64,000 nucleotides of DNA from positions 257,308-321,307 of the forward strand of contig MU061578.1 in the NCBI GenBank assembly GCA_013265495.1, given 5' to 3'. The stretch is from Vicugna vicugna (lineage: Eukaryota). The stretch's first letter is position 1, and every line of letters starts with the position of its first letter. A program made the position numbers and the translations under genes. The notes beneath the pieces are model-generated. The model searched no databases. It was not told where the DNA came from and was given only the letters and a program-made list of their open reading frames with translations. Positions 47,860 to 60,257 of the stretch are shown one piece after another.

Positions 47860-50850
47860 CAGTTCCACTCCATTTTTTGTGGTTTTGTAACTTGGTTATT
47901 CTTTTAATATATTATGGACATATTTTTTATTATATTTATTTTATAGATAATTTTTTTTAAGTTAGAAGATTTTAGGTAAAGTTGAAGTCTCCTTTGACCC
48001 CCACTTCGAATCCTGGTCCTCTTCCTTATGCCCTCAGATACTTACTGTTCGAGATCTTTCTTTACATTACTTAGTCCACGTGTACATGCACCTGGAGTAA
48101 ATGTACAGTGTTTGCTGGTTGTGTCCATGTTCCTACACAAATTGAGTCAGACTTCAAGGATTGTTCTGAAGCCTGGCACTGTATTTCTCAGATCTACTTA
48201 CATTTACGAACATAGATTAGGTTTACGCCGTTCAACTTCTGAGTTGCATTCTGTCCCCTGAGTGTACTGCATTATATCTGCCCCTTCCATTACTGATGAA
48301 CCTTTAGGTCATTTTCAATTTCTTGTCATTATAATACTGCAGTTAACTTCCCTACCCAGGCTTCTTGCACCCACGTGAAAGTGGCTCCCTGGAGGAGACG
48401 CCCGGAAGAGCAGAGACCGGACGGCAGGAGCAGCACGGTCACAGGTTTAATAGACTCTGCCAAAGAAACTTCCAAAGTGACTGTCCCCTTTCATTTCTTC
48501 CAACAGTGGATGAGAGTACTCCTTTCTCTACCGTATCACCCAGGTTTGAGTTTGTCAGTTTAATACCTGTAGATCAGATGAGCGAAAACAGAATCTTCTT
48601 GTTTTAGTTTGCATTTAGAAAAGTTAATTAGGTAGTTGAGCAACTTTTCTTTTTTATCTGATAAATCTGACATGTCACATTTTGTAAATTTAAGGTGTAC
48701 AGCGTGTTACTCTGATATACTTGTAATATGATTGCCACTGAGGCAGTATTTATCACATTACATCATTATAGCACAATATTATTGTCTGTACTCATTACAC
48801 TCCATTTCAATTTCCTCCTCCATCAGACAGTATCCTGAGGTTGTTTTGTATTATTCTCCTTTCATGTTTTCTGTTTTTATAATTTCACTACTTAAGTATG
48901 TACCCATTTAACAATAAGTGATATTTTTGAGTGTTTTAGATAGTCACATAAATGTAGTTATACTATACGTATTCTTTTCAGCTTCATTACATTATTTCTT
49001 TTAACTAAGTAAACTTTTAATTTTGGAATCATTTTAGATTTATAGAAAAGTTGAGAAGATAGTACAGAAGGCTCCCACATACCCTTCACCTAGGTTTTCC
49101 CATTGTTAACATCTTACATCACCACAGTGCATGGTCAAAACTTTAAAAAAATTAGCATATTTCTACTAATTAAACTCCAGACTTTATTTGAATTTCCTTA
49201 GTTTTTCTAATAATGCCCTCTCTCTGTTCCAGGACCCAATCCAGGATATCTCATTGCACTTAGCTGTCACATCTCCCCAGTATCCTCTTGGTTATGATTA
49301 TTGCTTAGTCTTTTCTTGTTTTTCTTGACCGTGACAGTCTCGAGGAGTTCCACCCAGGTGTCCTGTAGAATGTCCCCTGTTCTGTGTTTGCTTGATGTTT
49401 TCTCATGATTACGTTGGGGTTACGGACTTTGGGGGAAAACCACAGAGGTGAAGGGTCCTTCTCATCCGATCATACGAGGGCATTCATAACAGCCACAGGA
49501 CGTCTCTGGTGATGTTAACCTGATTAACTTGGTTAGGATGGTATCTGTCAGGTTTTCCTGCTGTGTAGTTAATGCGTTTCCCCGTCCACACTCTAGCTCT
49601 TCAGAAGCAAGTCGCCAAGCCCAGCCCACACTCAAGCGGTGGGGGTTTTACACTCCACATCCTGGAGAGGTGTTAAAAATGCGTAATAAATGGAATTCTT
49701 CCATAAGGCAAATTTTTCTCTTCTCCCCTATTTATTTATTTAACTCAGTCATTTATTTATATCAGTATGGATTCAAGGATATTTATTTTACACTTTGGGT
49801 TATAATCTAATACTACATTATTTGTTTTGTTGCCCTAATTGTCCCAGCTTTGGCTACTGGGAGGTCTTTGAAGTTGACTCCTGTGTCTCTCTGACATGGA
49901 CTCTTCCTTTTGTTCTTTGAGCACTGTCTTATTTTCTGGCACTACAAAAAAGAGGCTCTATCTCATCTTTTACTTTCCTTTTCAGCCATTTCTCCAGGGA
50001 TCATTTATTGTTTTCTTTATTGTGTTAAAATATACAGAATATAAAATTTTCCATTTTAACCATTTTTGAGTGTACAGTTCAGTGCCAATAAGCATATTCA
50101 CATTAATGTGCAATCATCACCACAAGACAGGTTTCATTACTCTTGACAACTGTATAGTATGCCCTTGTTAGAATATAACACGATATATTTATTCATTCTC
50201 CCACTGGTGGACAGTTACACTGATTCCAACTTTCACTGTTGCAGATGGTGCTAAATCAAACATCAAACATCTTTGTACCTGATTCCAAATGTGTATGGTC
50301 AAGAACTTCTCTAGAGCTTATTTCTAGAAGCACTAGATGCTGGGGTATAGGAAATGACATCTTCAGATACCCCAGGCATTGTCAAATTTGTCTCCAAAGC
50401 AGTGTGTAGTTTATGTTTCCACCAGCTGTACAGCCTGTGTTTCTACACATCCTTGTTGAGACTTGATATTATCTTTCCACTCTGATGGGAGGGTATTTTG
50501 TTTTAATCTGCATTTTTCTGCTTACATAGCAGGATAAGCTCCTTTCTACACATTTACTGGCCACTCAGGATTCCTCCTCTGTGAATTGCCTCTTCTCATG
50601 TTGGGCTGTTCATCTTTCCTTATTGATCTGGAGGTCTTTTTTATATTCTGGAAACGAATCTACCCTTGGTCTTATGTGTTATGAATATCTTCTCCTGGCT
50701 ACAGCTGGTCTTTTAACTTTTCTTTCAGTATTTTATTATTTTTTTGTCATACAAAATATTTTAAAGATTTTCTTTTCACTTATAGGCCTTTAATCCATTC
50801 AGAATATAACTTTTTATATGTTGGGAATTAGGGATCTAATTTTGTCTTCC
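47860..50850 (-). mobile_element. Nested old L1M fragments (L1ME/L1MC/L1MB-like 3' ends)
   Basis: Several reverse L1 3' ends, e.g. 49010 'ttttaattttggaatcattttagatttatagaaaagttgagaagatagtacagaag' and 50020 'gttaaaatatacagaatataaaattttccattttaaccatttt'. Confidence 0.85.
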
Positions 50851-50864
50851 ACAGTGTTTTTAGT

Positions 50865-51030
50865 ATATGTCACTTATTCCAAAATGTACTTTCTGCCACC
50901 ACATTTTGCCATCTCTGAGACTGCGATGCATACTACTAGAAATGTGACATCATAGCACTTTTTCTCTCTTTATGGTACTTGAAATAGTACGTGTCTTAAA
51001 ATCAGTGCACCTTAGATGCAATGCAAGGTG
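50865..51030. mobile_element. MER104-like Tc2 MITE
   Basis: 'cacattttgccatctctgagactgcgatgca...gtgtcttaaaatcagtgcaccttagatgcaatg'. Confidence 0.65.
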
Positions 51031-51757
51031 GGCACATTCTAGGTTTACCCTAATTCTTGATACCTCGTAGGATGAATCTTCTGTTTCCCTTATCCTGGCA
51101 CTTACTGGTTTGTTAATAATGTTAAATTCTGAGAATAACTCACAGTTTTTTTTTTTAAATTGGAATTGCACTGACTATAGACTAGTTTCTTTGGGGGTGA
51201 TAATCATGGTTAAGACATTTTGTTTCAGGGGCCTGGGCTGGTGAAAAGGCTGATGTTCCAGGTTAAGTAGCTGGATCAAGTGACAAGGCAAGCAGCTACA
51301 GACCCAGGATTCTGTCCCCTCCTCCCCTTCGTCAAACTCCCAATTGTCTCTATGACAGTATGTTCCCCCTGGTAGAATAAGCCACCTCCTGGAGCAGTGA
51401 GACCCCATCACTGCATGTGTCCATGCTGTGGCTAAGTGGTCACCTGCTGGAGAGATGACTCTTCACACAGGGTGGAAAAGAACTCATTGGCTCTCCTGAG
51501 TGTAAAACTCCACGAGTATCAGGGAGCACAGTGTGACCTGGAAAGCTGGAACGTCAAGCTGAAACGAGATGCTCCTGCTTTGCAATTTTGCCTGGGGCCA
51601 GCCCTGAGCTAGGAGGAACAGAATGAAATCTGCCCACATTTTCACTTGCTTCTTGTGGCTCCTGGGGAGGCCAGCAAATGCCCCAGTTCCTCTTCAGCCT
51701 CGGTCTTCTCTTGTCTCTATCTCTCCTTCTCACCCCAAGTATCAAAAAAGTTTAAAG

Positions 51758-51961
51758 TGGGAATTGGCAAACAACAGACTGCAGGTCAAATCCACAGGCA
51801 GCTTGTTTTTGTAAATGAAATTTTATTGGAACATAGCCGTGCTCATTCATTTACATGTTGTCTAAGGTGCCTTTCTGGCCACAACCTCCAGGTCTCAAGA
51901 GAGACTGTGTGACCCGTAACATCTAAAGTATTTACTGTCTGAAAAAAATGGCCAGACCCTT
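51758..51961 (-). mobile_element. MER58A MITE
   Basis: 'ttggcaaacaacagactgcaggtcaaatcc...tttgtaaatgaaattttattggaacatagcc'; perfect 8-bp TSD GTTTAAAG (51750-51757, 51962-51969). Confidence 0.9.
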
Positions 51962-52845
51962 GTTTAAAGGAAGAGACCGTTGACACAAAGCCTATTTGTT
52001 CTCTGGATTCCAAAACTTAGATTGCCTTTATGATTTGATTCTACTTGTGGTATAGATTTTTCTTTTCTTTGGAAAAGCTGGCCTCTTACAGCTCTGAACA
52101 GAAATATGAAAATATGGGTGGAAGCGCATACCCACTCCGGGTAAAATGTACCCCAGCAAAATGTAATCGCGTTCTTCCAGTTCAAGGCGGTCCTTGGGAA
52201 ATTATCTTTGGAAAAGACACGAATGCAGAGGTTGAAAACAGAATCAGGAGGGAGAATTTCAGGGAAACTTTCTGGCAGAGCTAATTTTCTCTTCCCCAAG
52301 CTCAATGTGGAGAGAGGACAGCGGTGAAGTGTTATTACAGTCCTTTATTAGAAACTCCTTTAGGCCAACTAAGCGATCAGGTGAAATGTGGCACTTCAAA
52401 TTGTTTGTGACCAAAGTATTGGCTTTTGACAAGAACTTTCTCTTGGATCTCAAATTTCTGGCTGCCTTTCTCTGCTGCTCTTCTTGCCTCCATCCACTTT
52501 ATTTCCATCTCTTCACGCTATGCTTTTATATATCACCTGGCCCCTTTTCCCTAATTTGAAGTGTCTGAGAGCCAAGGGTTATGAACTATCAATGTTGCCC
52601 TCCATTGTGAACACTGACAGCTAATACAGATATTCCCAAGATGCTGCATGTGGACCACTAGCAGAACACAGGCCTACTTTAGGGGGCCCACCAATAAACT
52701 TAAAAAACAAACAAACAATAAATAATAAATGGTAGAAATAAAATGTTAAAATAATAGAAATCTGAAAAGTCATTCAAGCACATTGAGTCCAGATTTCTTG
52801 AGCGGTTCTGCTTGGGTAAAATCAACAACTCACTGTAAATACAGT

Positions 52846-53384
52846 TGTGGTAGGCTGAAAAATGCCTCCACCCCCAAACATGTCCATATCCAATCCCTGG
52901 AACTTGTAAGTACGTTACTTTACACAGCAAAAGGGGCTTTGCAGCTGTGGTTAAGGTCAGGACCTTGAGATGGGGAGATTATCCTGGATTATCCAGGTGG
53001 GCCCAAGGTATCACAAAGGTTCTTATAAGAGGGAGGCCGGGGGGTCAGAGTTCAAGGGAAGGAAATATGATGATGGAACCAGAGATGATAGAACCAGGGA
53101 GGGAAGAGAGAAATTGACATCACCTGTTTAGCTTTGGCTTTAAAGATGGAAGGTGCTAGGAGCCAAGGAATGCAGGCAGTGTCTACAAACCGGAAAAGAC
53201 AAAGAAATGGATTTTCCTCCAGCGCCTCCAGAAGGAAAACAGCCCTGCCAACACCTTAGTTTCAGTCAAGTGAACCTCACTCCCGACTTTTAACCCTCCA
53301 GAACTGCCAGATGATAAAAGCGTGTGCAGCTTTCAGCCACGACATTGTGGTTATTTGTCACCGCCGTCACAGGAAGCGAATACA
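52846..53384 (+). mobile_element. MLT1D-like MaLR solo LTR
   Basis: 'tgtggtaggctgaaaaatg...gaccttgagatggggagattatcctggattatccaggtgggccc...acaggaagcgaataca'; TSD ACAGT/ACAGG. Confidence 0.93.
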
Positions 53385-55190
53385 ACAGGTAACAAGAAGC
53401 ACTTCTTATGTTCCTGGAACTGTGTTGTGTGTGGCATCTGATTTACATTCACAACTGCCTGGCAAGTAAGGAATTATTCTTTCTGTTTTTGGGTGAGGCA
53501 GCTGAGACACCGAGAGGGCAGCAACAGCTACAATTCACTGGGTCTGTTTCTCTCCAAAGTTAACGTTCTTCCTGGAGGGCTGCACGGGAAATCTCAGTCC
53601 CGAGTGGCTTGCTCAGAACCTGATATTTACCAGGGATGGTCCCTCAGATATATCTTTTGCTCTTGACTCTCAGCATGATGGGAAGACTGCAGGGATGGAT
53701 GATGGATAATCAGGTATTGTCCTCCACTGGGTGACCTTTCACAATCCCTATTTCTCTTGGCTGCAGTCTCTTTATCTACCCAGGAAGTAGGGTGCAGATG
53801 AAGTGACATTTACTCGTTCATTAATCTCTAGAAGACTTTGGCATGATATTTCCAGTTCATCTAGATCTGTGGACACAAACAGGGGACTGAGTCACCACCT
53901 CAATCCTTCCCTTGGAGTCTGAACATCGAAAGTAGGCTTTTCCACTGGAGGAAAATGGCTTTAAAATTTCAGCCACAAAGTGTTAAATTTAGAGGCAGAG
54001 TGAATAGAAACCTTCACAAATAAACCCGTGACTGAGAAAACTTGGTATCTCACAGAAATATATTTATCTTGTTAGTGTTACTGGAGAATATTTGCATAGC
54101 AGGAAAAAGAGCTTTTAACTTGTTTCCTTATCTCACCTTCTTACTGTAGAGAATATTTTCCCCCTGAAGGTGTATCTCGCTATTGAATCTGGCGTTTAAA
54201 GGAAATGTCATCAGGACCTGTGATGAAAATTGAATTTTTCCCGATGCCTAAGGATGACTTTCTTTAACTAACTTAGCAGACTCCCAGCCTGAAATGGAGG
54301 CAGACATTCCCGTCTGCTTTGAATCTGCTATTCTCTTCCTGTTTCAACTTCTTTGATGCCTCTTGCTTTCTACCCTCTCCTCCTCTGCTGCCTGTACAGT
54401 TTGTCCGTCCTGCCTTTCTTCTCTGTTCATCTCTCTCCTTCTTGAATTGAAAAGTCCCTAATCTTTTTCCTCTTGTGCTCGCTTTGGTGCAGGGGTTTCA
54501 AAGTCTGGGAAACTGACAGTTCTTTTTCTCTTATTGACAGTGCAAGGCTGTTTCATTCCAATACCTGGATTTCCCTGAACTTTCAGGGAGGATGGCACCT
54601 GCCTTCTGCACAGGTAAGAGAATAGGGGGAGATGTAGAAATGGGAGGGCTGGCATTTTTTAAATCCTCAAGCAACCTAAAATTCCACTGAAACTTATTAT
54701 TATGCCCGTTTATATAGCTGCCTGATTCTGACCTGGGGAGATGTCAGCTCATCCCAGAAATGAATGTTAGATGACATCTGACATATGTTCAGTCCAAATA
54801 TAGGGTCCTGACAGCTCTGTACTCTCAGAGGTGAAGCTTTAGGCAGACTTGGCTCCAGGTAACATCTCAGCACTTAGGAAAAGAAGATGAGGAAGACAGG
54901 GTAACAGGTTGGGTTCTATCACCAGATGCTTTGCCCTACAGGAGAAAATGAGTACTTTCTACAAGTGTTTGGTCCAGCAACGGGCTTCACACACACCTGC
55001 TTGTTTAAATAATTTGAATGTAAAATCAGAGACTGTTAGTTAGAACTGAAGACCCTGTATATGGACCCTGGAAGCACTGCACAGCCCACAAAATAGAGAA
55101 TGGGGGAAAAGTCTGCTCTCTGGGCTGAATAAATAGCTAGGAGGCATGACATCTGCTCAGGTTTCTGGTTGAAACGAGTCTAATTTGAAT

Positions 55191-55669
55191 AGCGTGACCA
55201 CATAATTTATTGTCCAAGCCAGGACACTAAGACATTTCTATCGAGTAAAGGCACAAATCTTAAATGTGCATCTTGATAAATTTTTTACATATGTATTCAC
55301 CCATGTAACCGCCACTCAGATGAATACAGAAAAAATTTTTATCACCCCAGAAAGCTCCATCATGTCCCTTTCCAGTCACTAGCCACCTCTTGTATCACCG
55401 AGTCATTGCTTTTCTGACTTCTGTCACCATAACTCAATCTTGCCTGCTCGTGAACTTCATCTAAATGAAATTATGTAGAATGTACCCTTTATGTCTACTC
55501 AACAACAGCAAAGAATTAATGCCTTGCAATAAGGATGGATCTCAGAAACAGCATATTGAGTGAAATAAACCGAAGTCAGTTTGAGAGTGAAAGGTTCACA
55601 ATTAACATACGCGGGGACAGCAGACATAAAAGGGGACTGTTCCAGGGAATCAGGATGAATTCTTACCTG
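55191..55669 (+). mobile_element. MER94 hAT MITE split by an old L1 insertion (55229-55577)
   Basis: Left half 'agcgtgaccacataatttattgtccaagccaggacact' (55191-55228), right half 'tttgagagtgaaagg...ggggacagcagacataaaaggggactgttccaggg' (55578-55669). Confidence 0.8.
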
Positions 55670-56036
55670 ATCACTAGAAAGCTGAAACCTCAAGCCTGTG
55701 CTTGGTATAGCCCAGGTGTAGTGTCTGGGAAACAAATCTCATGAAATAAACCTTTGTTTTTCCAACAGACAACCTGAGCTCAATTCCCACTGTGGGCTAC
55801 CTGCCTCTTCAGTGATTCTGCCTTCTCTTTGGAGATTCACCTAATTGGCCAGGGAGTGATGGGGTGAGCGCAGGGGTAAATACGTACAAGCCTTCCTCGT
55901 GCCTTTGAAATACCTCCGCTGCTTCTTTCAGGGGGCCCAGCCCTCACGTTCAAGCCCCCTCCTCTCCTCTCAACGCCTACAGAGCTAATCCAGTGTGGGA
56001 CGTGCTCTCCGCCCGTGTGCACCCTTTCACCTGCTT

Positions 56037-56054
56037 CCACGCCCCCTAGCAGAA
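56037..56054 (-). promoter_or_regulatory. Candidate CTCF binding site
   Basis: Reverse strand TTCTGCTAGGGGGCGTGG resembles the CTCF core; about 12 CpGs in 55860-56090 against a CpG-depleted background. Confidence 0.6.
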
Positions 56055-57529
56055 TTCCGGAATCATTAGTGTTTGATGATCGTGTGTTTCAAGACTTCAA
56101 TCTCTTGTACTTTGAAATTGAAATTCCTGAGCCTGCAAGGACCCTACACTGACAGCTGACTTATTGAACATTCTTCAGCTTCAACAGCTCAGAAAGTCAC
56201 TCTATCCACTATACATCTTGCACGGCGCAAAGTGCAGTGTCGGGAAGCTCAAAATCAGGCTGTATTTATGAAACCTAGCACTGTGTCCATTGCCCCTGCC
56301 TTTCTGCAATATCAGGGGATAAGATGACATTAACTTGCACACCAATTAACAAATACCAGGATGGTGAAATGCCGACTCTGCTTTTGAGAGTGGCATCAGG
56401 GGTACCATTGTCCTTCCTGAAAATCCATTTTCAAATTCCCTGCTCTACAGAATAACTCATCCTGCTTTCAGGAGTTCCTCTAGTTCCTATCCCTCCTATA
56501 GAATATGCATTTGTTGTCTCTGCATTGCATTTTCTCTGTTTGTAAAGTGATCATAAGTACTTAACTCAGAGATGAACATTAAATAAAATAATGTACATGC
56601 TTAGCATGGTCCCTGATACAGAGTAAGACTGGAATAAATGTTACCATGAATATGAAACGTGAAAAACCAAGATCGTTTTAAATCTGTCTGTAGTTTGATT
56701 ATCATCTCTGTTTCTTGCCTCTATTGTTCTAGGACCATACTTATTTAAATTCATACTTCCATCTGCCCCAAAATGCCATTTCAGCTCCTCCCATCTGGCT
56801 AATGTGTACTTTTCCCATGAGATTCCTGCAGTGGGAAGATTCAGGTTCTGCAGGGAGAGAGAACTGGCCCCTCTCCTGGGCGACCATTCTATATGCACCT
56901 TCCTCTGTACTTGTCTCATATATGTGTTTATGGGTCTGTCTCCACTGTGAGAGTTCTTTATGGACTGGTAATTCTGGCACTGCTGGGGAGAGACGTCAGC
57001 CTCTGTCCCATAAGTTAATCCCCACTGTGACTCACAGAGGGACACCTAGAGTTGCCTTTGGGGGAAGCAGCACAGTCATAAATCCCTTCCCATAGTCTGA
57101 ATCATCTTTCCTGCCACTTTTGATCTGGACTCAGATTTGAAGCCCAAATTTGTTTTCTCTGTCTTTGCCTTCATGGTATATTTCTCTTGACCATTAGTCA
57201 CATGCATCCCTTCTTGTCCATCAGTTGCACCTGATGCCTCTTTCTTGGACTTCAAAGTAAAATTCATGTTGACCTAATAATTTGTATTTTTACTCACTAT
57301 CTTAAAAATTTTGTGGAATCCCTTCAGGTATTTTCATCTGGTGAGGCAATAATCAGTGAATAAAAATGACAAAAATAATAACAGTTTCATAGTAGCATAA
57401 TTACATACAAGTTAATGATATGACAGTTTAGTATAATTTCAGCGATTAAAATAATCCCTGATACATGCTTCCAACCAATATGCCAACTACAAACAATTTC
57501 AAATGCTAAAACACTAAAACATGATAAAA

Positions 57530-59260
57530 GTCCATCCCTTTTCCTCTTTTTAGTTTCTAGGCCTGGGACACAGCTATCATCATTTGTCTTTTCTCTTCCT
57601 CAATTTTGTGCTGAGTCTCTTGTTTACTGGGTTCCATATATTTCTCTTTCTTGATTTATTATCCCATTTTATTTAAGTTCCTCTTCTGGTAGTTTCCTGA
57701 ATAAGCATGCATGAATAGTTTTTTTTTTCTCATACTTGCATATCTGAAAATTTTTATTCTACCTTTTCCCTTGATTGATAGTTTGGGTAAGTATAGAAAG
57801 TTAGGTTGAAAATCATTTTTATTCAAAATTTTGGTGACACATATGCATGATCTTCTAGCATTTAATGTTTCTGTTGATAGGTCTTATGCCATTCCAATTG
57901 TACTCCTTTGTGTGACCTTCCCCACTTGTATCCCATCCCTAAAATCTTTTGATTACTGTTCTGTGTCTCAGATGCTCTGAAATCCCACAGTGATACATCT
58001 TGGGGGAATTATTCCTCTCCCTCTCTCTCGATTCCTCCCTCACTCCTTTTCTTTCTTTCTTCCTTAGTTTAAGATGGACATACTTAATATGAAAGTACAC
58101 ATTCCACTGTTCTAGAAAGTGTGTTTATTATTATTTTTGGACATTCCCCCCATTTTAATTTTCTCTTCTTTATTTCTGGAACATCTGTTATTCAGACATT
58201 AGACTTCCTTATGATTTTTTAAAAATATGCTTATCTAACTCAAGTTGTCTAGTTCTTTGTCTTTTTGTTTTGCATTCTGGAGATTTATTTTCCTGTATTC
58301 TCTAAACACTCTTGATTTTTAAAAATTGCTATAATATTTAAAAAGTTTCCAGCTTATTGGTGTTATTTGACTCCCCCATCTCCTCCTTTTCCCTTGTTTT
58401 ACAAGATGTGATGGTTTCTTGCTTATCTTTTCAGATGATTGATTTTAAGCTTTTTGTAATTGTCTTCTTCTCTATGGATTATTTCTTCTTTTTTATCTCC
58501 GGGTCCCATTTTTCTTGGTCTCACTCTTCACTCTGAAGGCTTCTCTCTAATGTCTGGTGGTCCTTGATGGACAAATCACTTATTTAGGAATGCACTAAAA
58601 AACTCTTTGTACATAATAGGGAGAGGGTGGCTATTATCTAGTGTGCTTCATTTTAAAATAATCATTCAATTTTTGGTATTCTTTTCACCAACGGGCCCAA
58701 AATGTTAGTTATGGAAATCTGGAGTTTGCTTCCTTGGGGTTCTCCAGAAGTAAAGTTTTTTCTTCCTTCTGGGAAGATAAGGCCCAGATGCTGATATTCT
58801 GGAAGTAGAGAACCTGAGCTCTTGACTTGGCCTGATGTTCCTGAATCTGTAGGCTGTCTGTTAAAATTCTTCAAAAATCAAAACTTCATGCTCCTGTGGT
58901 GGCCATGAAGGTCTACAGAGGGAAAGAGGGTCTAACTATTCTCTGTAAAATCCATCTCCTTTCAGCCTGGATTCTCACTCCATCCACCTTAGGTAGCTGA
59001 TACTTTCCCGTGGGACACTCTCAGGGGTTCTGTAGGAGGATTAGCTGCTCACATATCATCTCTACCCCTCCCCAAACACTTAGAAGATAAAAATGGAGGA
59101 AGTTACAACCTATCTTCTATTGTTTTATGTCCCATATACTTTGTCCATTTTGTTGATACCTTGACATCTTTTACTGTCATTTTTATCACTTTTTTTTTGA
59201 GTGGAAAGAAGGGATATGTATGGCCAAATGGCCATTTTTCCACAAATAATTTTTAAGTAT
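57530..59260 (-). mobile_element. Very old L1M/HAL1-like fragment
   Basis: T-rich 'ttgcatatctgaaaatttttattctacc...gatagtttgggtaagtatagaaagttaggttgaaaatcattttt' and 'tctggaacatctgttattcagacattagacttcct'. Confidence 0.65.
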
Positions 59261-59835
59261 TCATCTTTCATCTTGGGAGACCTCCATTTAACGTCCCCAA
59301 GTGAAACATGAGTTGGCATTTGCAATGCTGGGCTTAGGTCAACGTGCGGTCTTCTCAGGGTGCTGGATCACTTTTATGGTGACACAAAATCTTTTTCCAT
59401 AAAGTCCTTTCTCCAAAGAAGGACACAATCCGAGGAGATCACGCATAGGACAAGGCAGCTGGCTTAATGAGACTGACTTACTGGTCTCTTCTCTCCTTGA
59501 AGAGCATGATAAATGTTTGTCACAAGGGTGAATGAATCATTGAATAAAGGTCTTGCCTGTTTGAAGTGGTAGCTAGAGCATATAAAGAAATGAAAACCTT
59601 GCTTGGTAAAAACTATATTGAGAATTGACCAGTAAAAAATAATGGAACTGCTGTCTCCTCAATTCAACAATAATACACATTTACTGGGTAATCTAAAATT
59701 CCAGGACTGTGCCAGGTGCTCCAGTCACCAATGCATGAAATAAACTGATAATTTCAATATAGTTTGGTTTGTAATGTATGAGGATACATATAGGCAGATA
59801 TTTTCCTTTTGTATATATTTATATAATAATGCATA

Positions 59836-60021
59836 TTTTTTGTTGAAGTATAGTTGGTTTATAATGTGCTAATTTCTAGTGTACAGCACAGTGATTCAGT
59901 TATACATATATATATATATATTCCTTTTCACATTCTTTTTCATTATAAGCTATTACAAGGTATAATATAGTTCCCTGTGCTATACAGTAGGACCTTGGTG
60001 TTTATTTTACATATAGTAGTT
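59836..60021 (-). mobile_element. Short 3' fragment of the lineage-specific L1
   Basis: 'ttgttgaagtatagttggtttataatg...gtgattcagttatacatata...atatagttccctgtgctatacagtaggacctt' is the reverse complement of the 3'UTR seen at ~20550-20720. Confidence 0.92.
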
Positions 60022-60224
60022 AGCATTATGATTAAAATGTACTGAAACATATACATGTAATTATAAAGCTAAAAACAAGGAATCCACCACTTATGTAAGG
60101 CCCACTACCATTGTTTTTAAATAAAAGTAAGAAATGAATATGGAAGATTTAAAGTGAAAATTAAAGAATCCCTTCCATTCTTTTCCATAGTTCCTCTTAG
60201 TAAAGTTGTTACTGTCGGTAGAAT

Positions 60225-60226
60225 TG

Positions 60227-60256
<30 letters not shown>
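60225..60256 (+). repeat. (TG)n microsatellite
   Basis: Directly visible. Confidence 0.95.
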
Positions 60257-60257
<1 letters not shown>

